Source of the DNA: an uncultured virus (IMG/VR IMGVR_UViG_3300020159_003425)
Lineage: Duplodnaviria; Heunggongvirae; Uroviricota; Caudoviricetes
Direction: 5' to 3' (one strand)
DNA length: 64,000 nt
IMG/VR virus record: IMGVR_UViG_3300020159_003425
A program made the position numbers and the translations under genes. How positions within the stretch are numbered: position 1 is the first letter of the stretch; every line of letters starts with the position of its first letter. A model generated the notes under the pieces. The model searched no databases. It saw only the letters and a program-made list of their open reading frames with translations, and was not told the origin of the DNA. Shown piece by piece: positions 18,274 to 26,058 of the stretch.

Positions 18274-18852
18274 ATGAACATCTTCTATCTTGATCCTGAT
18301 CCAAAAATCTGTGCTGAAATGCATGTGTCAAAACATGTTGTTAAAATGATCATTGAGTATGCACAGCTCATGTCAACTGCACACCGTGTCCTTGATGGCA
18401 CAGAATACACCGATCTGACAGCAAATGGTCGCCGTATCAAACGGTGGCGTATGGATGATCCTTTTATGGAATCTACTCTGTACAAGGCATCACACATCAA
18501 TCATCCATCTGCTATCTGGTGCCGCGAGAACAAACAAAACTATTTGTATTTGCATCGTCTGTGGCATTATTTGCTGCAAGAATACACCTATCGTTATGGT
18601 CGTAAACATGAATGTGAGAAGCTTAGTGCTGCACTCTATCTGAGGCCAGAAAATATCAAAGATGGTGAATTCTTTGCACCGACACCTGCAATGCCACCCG
18701 AACTGAAAATCATTGCCGAAAATCCAGTGCCTGGTCGTAAATATGATTCACTCAAATCATATCACAACTACTACAACGTTTCAAAGCGCAGTTTTGCAAC
18801 ATGGAAAGGCAAAGTCAATTCCCGTCCAACACCAGAGTGGTACAATGTATGA
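18274..18852 (+). CDS. pyrimidine dimer DNA glycosylase/endonuclease V-like protein
   Basis: MNIFYLD...KHVVKMIIEYAQLMSTAH...HINHPSAIWCR pattern. Confidence 0.75.
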   Translation: MNIFYLDPDPKICAEMHVSKHVVKMIIEYAQLMSTAHRVLDGTEYTDLTANGRRIKRWRMDDPFMESTLYKASHINHPSAIWCRENKQNYLYLHRLWHYLLQEYTYRYGRKHECEKLSAALYLRPENIKDGEFFAPTPAMPPELKIIAENPVPGRKYDSLKSYHNYYNVSKRSFATWKGKVNSRPTPEWYNV

Positions 18853-19064
18853 AGTATTATTCTATTTCTTTTCCGGGTGAATTTGGTCAACACGTGGATG
18901 AAATTTGGTCTGAAGACCAAATCATAAATTCATATTACAAGTATTGGTCGGGTAAGATGATTGAGAATGTACCTAGTTGTGATTTGTGTAGAAAAAACTG
19001 CATCGAAGATTGGTGCGTAGTACATTGGGCAATTGAAGTACCTAAACCTGACTGGTTGGATTAA
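18849..19064 (+). CDS. hypothetical protein (CIEDWCVVHWA)
   Basis: ATGA overlap. Confidence 0.7.
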   Translation: MKYYSISFPGEFGQHVDEIWSEDQIINSYYKYWSGKMIENVPSCDLCRKNCIEDWCVVHWAIEVPKPDWLD

Positions 19065-19090
19065 GAATAAAACAACGCATAAATAGAATT

Positions 19091-19369
19091 ATGATTTATA
19101 CATTTTTAAATATAAACACTGGTGAAGTTGAAGAACATACAATGAGACTCTCTGAGTATGATTCTTTCAAAGAAAACAATCCACATCTCCAACGACATTT
19201 CTCATCTGACAGCATCCCTGGGTTAGGTGACGGAATGCGTATGGACACACCAGGAACAGGCAGGGCGGATTCCACCTTTGAGAAGTACGTCATCAACCGT
19301 ATTAAAGAAAGTGTACCTGGAAACACTATCAAAGCTGGTCACAAAACGAAGATGCAGCGGGAATGGTAA
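19091..19369 (+). CDS. conserved T4-like phage protein (FmdB-like, Cys-less)
   Basis: YTFLNINTGEVEEHTM...ENNPHLQR; usual position upstream of phoH; cataaata promoter-like site upstream. Confidence 0.7.
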   Translation: MIYTFLNINTGEVEEHTMRLSEYDSFKENNPHLQRHFSSDSIPGLGDGMRMDTPGTGRADSTFEKYVINRIKESVPGNTIKAGHKTKMQREW

Positions 19370-19501
19370 TGGCTCAGATTCCCGCACTGTTCTTACCCAA
19401 GAAATATTCTGAGAATAAAAAACCTCAGACAAAGGAACAACAGAAGAAAAAACCTGTTGTTCCCAAGAAAAAAGTTTCTGCATTACTAAAAGGGAGAGTT
19501 G

Positions 19502-20266
19502 ATGGTCACAAAGAAAACACCAGCCAGATATATCGAACAGCAAGACGAAGAGAGTGTTAATAGGACGAGACACCAACCGGTTACAAATAATTCACTTAAG
19601 ATAAAATTAGATCATCTCAAGACATTTGAACCTCTGACAGAAAATCAGAAGTTGTTCTTTGAGATGTATAAAGGCGGTGCCTACTTCATGGGTCTCTTTG
19701 GAAGCCCAGGAGTAGGCAAAACTTTTTTGGCGTTATACAAATCTTTAGAAGAGGTATTAGACAAGACAAATTCATTCAAACAGGTAGTTGTGGTTCGTAG
19801 TTTGGTACAGTTGCGTGATGTTGGTTTCTTACCAGGTTCACTAGACGAGAAACAGGAAATCTATGAGTTGCCATATAAAGAAATTTGTCATACACTGTTT
19901 GGTAGACCAGATGCATGGGATAGATTAAAAGAACAGGGGCATGCTCGATTCATTTCAACAACTGCGATTCGTGGTATTTCCATTGATGACGCAATCATTA
20001 TTGTTGATGAGAATCAGAACCTGAACTGGTCTGAAGTGAATACGATTATTACTCGCGTTGGCCATCGTTCGAAGATCATCTTCTCTGGTGACTTCAAACA
20101 AACTGACCTAATTAAGACTAATAAGGATCAAACAGCATTCCATAGTTTCTTGGAAGTTGCAAGAAAGATGCCATCGTTTCAAGAGGTTTATTTTACACCT
20201 GATGATATTGTTAGAAGTAGTTTAGTCAAGCAATGGATTGTGGCTTGCGAAGAACTTGGTTATTAA
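19502..20266 (+). CDS. phoH: PhoH-family ATPase
   Basis: GSPGVGKT, GFLPGSLDEK, IRG, IIVDENQN, GDFKQTDL, DIVRSSLV. Confidence 0.92.
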   Translation: MVTKKTPARYIEQQDEESVNRTRHQPVTNNSLKIKLDHLKTFEPLTENQKLFFEMYKGGAYFMGLFGSPGVGKTFLALYKSLEEVLDKTNSFKQVVVVRSLVQLRDVGFLPGSLDEKQEIYELPYKEICHTLFGRPDAWDRLKEQGHARFISTTAIRGISIDDAIIIVDENQNLNWSEVNTIITRVGHRSKIIFSGDFKQTDLIKTNKDQTAFHSFLEVARKMPSFQEVYFTPDDIVRSSLVKQWIVACEELGY

Positions 20267-20278
20267 AGAAAGAAGAAT

Positions 20279-20932
20279 ATGTTTAATTATTGCCCACCCA
20301 TGAAATTGCCTGACCTGAAATCGGAAACTTTTCCAGATGGTAAAAGATATTATGTTACACCGAGTGGTTCTAAACTACCTTCTGTGACTACAGTTGTTGG
20401 TGCACAAAAGAAACAGGCAATCATGGAGTGGCGCCGTAGAGTTGGTGAAGATGTTGCAAATAAGATTTCGAGACAGGCAACCTCACGTGGTACTAATGTA
20501 CATACTCTATGTGAAAAGTATTTAAACAATGAAGAATTGGGTGAAATGATGCCTGATGCTTTTGAAATGTTCAAGTCACTTAAACCTTATTTGAATCGTA
20601 TCAATAACATTCATTATCAAGAGGTTGCATTGTGGTCTGAACAGTTGGGTTTGGCTGGGCGCGTAGACTGTATTGGTGAGTTTGATGGTGTGTTGTCTGT
20701 AATTGATTTTAAGACTTCTAAGAAGATTAAAACTGTTGAACAAGTTGAGGATTATTGGTGGCAAACAACAGCATATGCTCTTTTTTATGAAGAAATTGTT
20801 GGTATACCAATCAATGATCTTGTAATTATTATGGCTGTAGAAAACGACAAACCAATAGTAATGCAACAAAAAACTTCGGACCACATTGAAGGATTAGTTC
20901 GCGCAATTGAATATTTTAAGAAAAACTCTTAG
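20279..20932 (+). CDS. PD-(D/E)XK exonuclease
   Basis: LPSVTTV, RGTNVH, AGRVDCI...IDFKTS, QxxAY. Confidence 0.88.
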   Translation: MFNYCPPMKLPDLKSETFPDGKRYYVTPSGSKLPSVTTVVGAQKKQAIMEWRRRVGEDVANKISRQATSRGTNVHTLCEKYLNNEELGEMMPDAFEMFKSLKPYLNRINNIHYQEVALWSEQLGLAGRVDCIGEFDGVLSVIDFKTSKKIKTVEQVEDYWWQTTAYALFYEEIVGIPINDLVIIMAVENDKPIVMQQKTSDHIEGLVRAIEYFKKNS

Positions 20933-21419
20933 TGTGATTTGCAAATTGTCCTCTACTATATTCTTTACGACAATGTAAACATGACACCGACTTTTTGTTT
21001 AAGTCACTTCTTTTGGAACCAACAGCATTTTTATTTCCAATCATAAAATTGCTGTGATTTTTGTTATGTGTTTCTGTTCTTAAATATGGAATTTTTCGAC
21101 CACTGAATATTTTTGAATAATAATCTTTCAAATGTTGTGGAGTTTTTCGACCAGAAACGCCTTCGCCTCCATCTGTTCTGTTTATTAAAATTCCTGTTTT
21201 ATTGTCTTTTCTGCCATACCATCGAATATATCTTCTTTCTAAGGCGAAAGCACCAAGTTCAGATAAATTTTTTTCTAAAATAACTATGAATTTATTATCT
21301 TTTGGTACTGGTACACTTTTATGTTTTGAATGTGATCTTTTTTTCTTGCCTTTTCCAATATAATATGGTGTTCCATCATTTCTAAGATAGGCGTAAACAT
21401 AGTAACTATAAATATTCAT
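20916..21419 (-). mobile_element. free-standing GIY-YIG homing endonuclease (Seg-like, NUMOD3-like segment)
   Basis: YYVYAYLR...PYYIGKG, LERRYI, N.TDGGEG; antisense to neighbours, AT-rich; ATG at 21419. Confidence 0.8.
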
Positions 21420-21420
21420 G

Positions 21421-21486
21421 CTGACATTCCCTTTAATGTTAGAGTGGATGCGGAGGTGAGAGTCTGGCGATCCACACCTATTTATA
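21421..21486 (-). promoter_or_regulatory. T4 late promoter TATAAATA plus hairpin leader of the homing endonuclease
   Basis: Minus strand TATAAATA (21479-21486), stem gtggat...atccac, then ctaacatt-aaaggg-aatgtcag covering the RBS. Confidence 0.7.
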
Positions 21487-21498
21487 CCATAAAAACTC

Positions 21499-21527
21499 TT
21501 GACAAATAAATAAATAAGAGATATACT
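21499..21527 (+). promoter_or_regulatory. tmRNA promoter TTGACA-N17-TATACT
   Basis: Immediately upstream of the acceptor piece. Confidence 0.8.
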
Positions 21528-21532
21528 ACAGT

Positions 21533-21843
21533 TTATTGCTGTATGAAGCAAAGAGAAAAGGATTCAAGACGCGGGGGCAGTGCCCGCCAGGTCCACCATA
21601 AGCACGAGACTCGATCACGGATCCACCTGTTACAGCAGGGGTGTAAAGAGTTAATCATCTGTAGTGCTTTTGATGGGCCTGACACAGGATCGATTGGGTC
21701 AAGAGTAACAGAGTGGACAGCACGGTAGGCGATGACCGTAAATCAAGCAAAAAAAGTAAACGCAAACGATGAAAAGTTCGCATTAGCAGCCTAAACGCCG
21801 CTTAGGGTTTCGGTTGGTTTCCTCGTAACAGAATAACCAACCA
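21533..21843 (+). ncRNA. ssrA: circularly permuted (two-piece) tmRNA, tag ANDEKFALAA
   Basis: T-arm and caggtcc-A-CCA (ends 21598) lie upstream of the 5' strand gggcctg (21675-21681), giving a 7-bp acceptor stem with G3.U70; tag frame 21762-21794. Outer ends approximate. Confidence 0.93.
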
Positions 21844-21879
21844 TTTTACACACAACTCATAACACACAAGGAGATTAAT

Positions 21880-22161
21880 ATGAGTAACATGACACCTTTT
21901 GAAATTCGTCTTGAACTACTAAAAATGGCAAGAGACATGTTATATGATTCTTATCACGCAGAGAGAGACCGTCTTCAACAAGACTGGAACATCAAATGCG
22001 ATACGGCAAGGTCCAAGGGTGAAACACCACCCGAACATCCAACTTTGCCGACCATTCCCTCAGAACAAGAAATTATCACCAGAGCTCAAACGCTCAATGG
22101 TTTCGTTTCTAACATTCAGCAGTCCGAACCTGTTGTAAAAGTTACTAACAAGAAGATTTAA
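21880..22161 (+). CDS. conserved phage hypothetical (MTPFEIRLELLKMA)
   Basis: Strong RBS aaggag. Confidence 0.85.
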   Translation: MSNMTPFEIRLELLKMARDMLYDSYHAERDRLQQDWNIKCDTARSKGETPPEHPTLPTIPSEQEIITRAQTLNGFVSNIQQSEPVVKVTNKKI

Positions 22162-22217
22162 AATTTCTTGAGGGTTGGAGGGGCTTTGTCCCCTCCTTAC
22201 ACACACAAGGAGAAATA

Positions 22218-22709
22218 ATGAAGTTTTCAAAAACTTTAGCTTTTGTTATTCTATCACTGGTCTTACCAACGACAGCACAAACAAGACCAAATGTTGCCGC
22301 ACAAGTTTCGAGCGATTTCAATAAACAAATTGTATGCATGGCGAAAAATCTTTATTATGAAGCTGCAATGGAATCACATGAGGGTAAATTGGCTGTAGCA
22401 CAAGTCACAATCAATCGTGCAAACAATAAAAATTATCCTTCCGATATTTGCGGTGTTGTGTACCATAAAACTGGTTCCACATGCCAATTCTCTTGGACAT
22501 GTGATTCGGATAAAAAAGAGATTCGTAACAGATATGCATGGGAAGAAAGTCTCTATATCGCAAGAAGAGCTTTAACTGAATCCATCTTGCACCATGAGCT
22601 TGCCAAATCTAATGCATTGTTCTACCATGCAACATACGTTGAACCTGGTTGGTCTAACGTTAAGTATGTTAAAAAAATTGGTAATCATATTTTTTACAGT
22701 AGAAAGTAA
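22218..22709 (+). CDS. SleB-like cell wall hydrolase (Hydrolase_2)
   Basis: Signal-like N-terminus; CMAKNLYYEA, AVAQVTINR, CQFSW, ALFYHATY, IGNHIFY. Confidence 0.9.
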   Translation: MKFSKTLAFVILSLVLPTTAQTRPNVAAQVSSDFNKQIVCMAKNLYYEAAMESHEGKLAVAQVTINRANNKNYPSDICGVVYHKTGSTCQFSWTCDSDKKEIRNRYAWEESLYIARRALTESILHHELAKSNALFYHATYVEPGWSNVKYVKKIGNHIFYSRK

Positions 22710-22711
22710 TT

Positions 22712-22933
22712 ATGCCCACAAAGAATGAAATTAGTGAATTTAGCAACAAGATTATCGAATTGGTTGAATCTGAAGGCTGTACAATTATGGACGCTATCGT
22801 TAGCGTGTGTGAAAAAAGTGGCATGGAGATTGATGTTGCATCGACCCTTGTTTCCAGTTCTCTCAAAAGTAAACTGCGAGAAGAAGCAGAAGCACTTAAC
22901 ATGCTGAAAAAGAGTTCTAAATTGCCACTATGA
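22712..22933 (+). CDS. 33: late transcription co-activator gp33
   Basis: FS..IIELV...MDAIV..CE...IDV...LKSKLREEAEALNML; synteny 33-59-32. Confidence 0.85.
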   Translation: MPTKNEISEFSNKIIELVESEGCTIMDAIVSVCEKSGMEIDVASTLVSSSLKSKLREEAEALNMLKKSSKLPL

Positions 22934-23550
22934 TACTAACATATGAAGAGGGCTCAGGCTTTTCCGCCTTTGCCATATTCAATGGGATTAAACTTCATTT
23001 TACTTCTTCTAGTTACGATTTTTTTAAGTATAACGGCAAGTCGAACGTTACCAAGCAGAACTTTGCCAACCGAAAAGACAAGTATTCGTTCTATAAACTT
23101 TCCAGAAAATACAGAAATGAAGACTTGGTAAATTTCTATGTTGCCAACTTCTTAGTTAAAGATATAACATGGATCGGTGATATAACTGGCGCAGAAGGTG
23201 AAGAGAATTACAAGATGTGGCAGAAAAGAAACCAGAGCTTGTCTTATCGCTTTAAAGAAGATATAATGTATCTTGTAGACAAAGTTTCTACCAGTTCTGA
23301 TATGATTAAGGTGAAAGATGGGCAATACCCATTGCTGTTGAATGAAACCATGCAAGGTGCGGTATCCATTGAAACTTTGTCTATACTCAATCACATGATG
23401 GGCTTCTTTGAAATGTGGGACAAAAAGATATCCGATACAATTATTTGGCCAACATGGAAAATGAAGTGTGAGAAATACACACCATTCATTCACTACGATG
23501 CATCAAAATACAAAGAAACATTTAAAGAGGCGATCAAGGAATATGCCTAA
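22930..23550 (+). CDS. 59: helicase loader gp59
   Basis: IKLHFT..SYDFFKYNGK...RKDKYSFYKLSRKY. Confidence 0.9.
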   Translation: MILTYEEGSGFSAFAIFNGIKLHFTSSSYDFFKYNGKSNVTKQNFANRKDKYSFYKLSRKYRNEDLVNFYVANFLVKDITWIGDITGAEGEENYKMWQKRNQSLSYRFKEDIMYLVDKVSTSSDMIKVKDGQYPLLLNETMQGAVSIETLSILNHMMGFFEMWDKKISDTIIWPTWKMKCEKYTPFIHYDASKYKETFKEAIKEYA

Positions 23551-23556
23551 ATACTA

Positions 23557-23585
23557 TTGACATGGTTTCTTTACTGTGTTATACT
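23557..23585 (+). promoter_or_regulatory. promoter for gene 32, TTGACA-N17-TATACT
   Basis: ttgaca tggtttctttactgtgt tatact. Confidence 0.75.
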
Positions 23586-23645
23586 AAGTTTTCGTTATGA
23601 ATAGTGTGGACAATCCGTTAATAATCCGTTTAAAAAGGAAATACA

Positions 23646-24530
23646 ATGAGCAATTTTGCTAACATGAAAAAATCGTCCGGCAATCTGGACAAACTCACTA
23701 AAGCCATTGAAGCACTCAACGCTTCTTCAGATGGTAAATCCGACAAAGACAATTTCTGGAAACCAGAAGTAGACAAAGCTGGCAACGGCATGGCTACGAT
23801 TCGTTTTCTTCCCGCACCAGCAGTTGATGGTGATGATGGATTGCCTTGGATTAAAATCTACTCTCATGGCTTTCAGGGACCTGGCGGTTGGCTGATTGAT
23901 AACTGCCTGACGACAAAGAATCAACAGTGCCCCGTGTGTGAACACAATAGTCGCCTGTGGAATTCTGGCATCGAAGCCAACAAAGAAATCGTTCGTAAAC
24001 AAAAGCGTAAACTGAATTACGTTGCCAACGTTTACATCATATCTGATCCTAAGCATCCAGAGAATGAAGGCAAAGTCAAACTGTATCGTTTCGGCGCAAA
24101 GATTTTTGAGAAGATCACCGAAGCAATGAACCCACAGTTTGAAGATGAAACCGCAATCAATCCGTTTGATCTGTGGAAAGGTGCTAACTTCAAGCTGAAG
24201 ATCACCAAGGTTGCTGGATATCAGAACTATGACAAGTCTGAATTCATGTCACCTTCTGCACTTCTTGATGATGATGAAGAACTTGAAAAGATTTGGAAAT
24301 CTGAACACTCTCTGAGTGAAATGGTTTCAGATAAAGAATTCAAGTCTTATGATGACCTGAAGTCTCGTTTGGATAAAGTTCTTGGTGGTGCTGATGCGCC
24401 TGCAAAGACTACGGTTGAACAGATGCGAGCTGCACCTAAGAAACCTGTTGTTGCTGATGATGCACCTTTTGAAGTTGCAAGTGATGACGATGAAATGTCT
24501 TACTTCTCCAAATTGGCAGATGAAGATTAA
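23646..24530 (+). CDS. 32: single-stranded DNA-binding protein gp32
   Basis: FWKPEVDKAGNG.A.IRFLP, HGFQGPGGW..NC, CPVCE, GANFKLKI, NYDKSEF, acidic tail. Confidence 0.97.
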   Translation: MSNFANMKKSSGNLDKLTKAIEALNASSDGKSDKDNFWKPEVDKAGNGMATIRFLPAPAVDGDDGLPWIKIYSHGFQGPGGWLIDNCLTTKNQQCPVCEHNSRLWNSGIEANKEIVRKQKRKLNYVANVYIISDPKHPENEGKVKLYRFGAKIFEKITEAMNPQFEDETAINPFDLWKGANFKLKITKVAGYQNYDKSEFMSPSALLDDDEELEKIWKSEHSLSEMVSDKEFKSYDDLKSRLDKVLGGADAPAKTTVEQMRAAPKKPVVADDAPFEVASDDDEMSYFSKLADED

Positions 24531-24558
24531 ACTGAGATAGACTGATCCTCCTCAGTTC

Positions 24559-24583
24559 AACCCCGCCTAGTGCGGGGTTTTTT
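24559..24583 (+). terminator. rho-independent terminator after gene 32
   Basis: aaccccgc-ctagt-gcggggtt followed by a T run, between convergent genes. Confidence 0.9.
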
Positions 24584-24585
24584 GT

Positions 24586-26058
24586 TTATACGACTCTTGT
24601 GTTGTCCATGATCAATCGCATGAACGTTGAATCCATATTTCTAACAGCAATCGTATTCAGTTCTGCTGCATTTTGTGGCATCTGTCTCGATTGAGTGGTG
24701 TTGACATTATTGACAACAGATGGTGCTGCAGCAGGTATAATTGTTGGTAAATTGGAATTCAAATTCTCGGCGGATGCACTACTCAATCTTTGACCCAAAT
24801 TTGTACCAGGAACTGCTGGTGGTGCAGCGGGCATCATAGGATTGCTAGGCATACTTGACGATCCTGTTGCAGGAGCAGCGGAAACAGGAACAGCAGATGT
24901 AGTACTAGCACCAGGCATTCTATTGAATCCGCCCATGGTAGGGGGAGCAGGCGGTGCAGCAGCTGCAGGTGCTGGTTGTGGTGCAACAGTAGATGCTGGA
25001 GGTGCTGCAGCAGGCGCAGGTGCCTGTGTTTCAACATTGGGCTTTGTCCATAATTGATTTTTTGGATCAGATAACCAGGTTCTTAGAGTTTTTTCGTCTG
25101 CGCCATATCTCTCTTGTAGAACATCCTCTGGAGTTTTGGAATCCAGAGCCATTTGAATCTCACCCCTTCTTGCCGTTCCTTGTTGTGTCAAAGCTTTTGC
25201 GGTGTTTTTCTTTCCTTCTTGGCCTGCTGTAGTGTTGTTTCTCAGAGAAAGAGCGTATGGATTATTATCATATTTTGGATTGAATGGATCGGCTTCAATC
25301 GCTTCTTTCTCTTTTGATACCAAAAATGCCAACATAGTTGGTGCTGCAGCAATTACGAAAGCTGGGCTAGTAACAACACCTGTTACAATGCCAGATATGC
25401 CTCTCACAAGAGCACTGGCCGCCCGAGCAGCTTTACCGCGGCCGCCCCCGAGACCGGAAGGTAATTTGGCATTTGGTATTCTACGTAACAAATCCATCAA
25501 ACTATCTAAAAAACCACGGTTATCGTTTTCTTCAGAAGCAGTTCCTTCGCCCTTGTTTAATTTACTTAATGCGTCCAATAATTGTTTGTGTCTCTTTTCA
25601 TCTTCTAGTTTCTTTTCTTCAGCAAAGTTTAATTCTGTGTCACTTCTTTGCAAATCTCTTTCTCTAGTAATTTGCATCAGATAATAGATTTTTCTGAGCA
25701 TCTCATTTACACCTTCAGAACTACCTGTGCCAGGTTCTTTACCAATTCTTGATGCGGTGCCACGTTCACGTATTGGCTGCATACGCCCAGAGAAATATTG
25801 AATATCCCTTTGCGAACGACCTGTCAGTTTACCTAATAAAGCAGGACCCAGACTTGAACCGCCAGTCAAAAACTTTGCAATGTTCAACGGATCAAATTTT
25901 TCTTTAAATCCCTTTACTCTAGCTTGTGTTCTAAGGGATATGGTTTTACGAATTGCACCACGAATTGTTGTATCACCAGCAAGTTGATCCGATAAGATAT
26001 CAGTGAAACTTGCGTTACGTATTCTTCTGGCTTTTTGGTAATCTAAATTTGTAGCCAT
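24586..26058 (-). CDS. baseplate hub / tape-measure-locus protein (gp29-like position)
   Basis: Helical N-terminus, Pro/Ala linker, C-terminal VVNNVNTT; last gene of the gp26-gp51 operon. Confidence 0.6.
   Translation of the reverse strand: MATNLDYQKARRIRNASFTDILSDQLAGDTTIRGAIRKTISLRTQARVKGFKEKFDPLNIAKFLTGGSSLGPALLGKLTGRSQRDIQYFSGRMQPIRERGTASRIGKEPGTGSSEGVNEMLRKIYYLMQITRERDLQRSDTELNFAEEKKLEDEKRHKQLLDALSKLNKGEGTASEENDNRGFLDSLMDLLRRIPNAKLPSGLGGGRGKAARAASALVRGISGIVTGVVTSPAFVIAAAPTMLAFLVSKEKEAIEADPFNPKYDNNPYALSLRNNTTAGQEGKKNTAKALTQQGTARRGEIQMALDSKTPEDVLQERYGADEKTLRTWLSDPKNQLWTKPNVETQAPAPAAAPPASTVAPQPAPAAAAPPAPPTMGGFNRMPGASTTSAVPVSAAPATGSSSMPSNPMMPAAPPAVPGTNLGQRLSSASAENLNSNLPTIIPAAAPSVVNNVNTTQSRQMPQNAAELNTIAVRNMDSTFMRLIMDNTRVV

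Noticed and set aside
20279..20932. Cas4/CRISPR association of the exonuclease
   Set aside because: Lacks the four-Cys cluster, and no array is present; ordinary T4-like phage exonuclease next to phoH.
21568..21598. tRNA-like 3' half ending in CCA
   Set aside because: No D or anticodon arm upstream; its pairing partner lies downstream, so it is the tmRNA acceptor piece.
21543..21728. 61-aa [13 protein letters not shown]...
   Set aside because: Lies wholly within the tmRNA gene.
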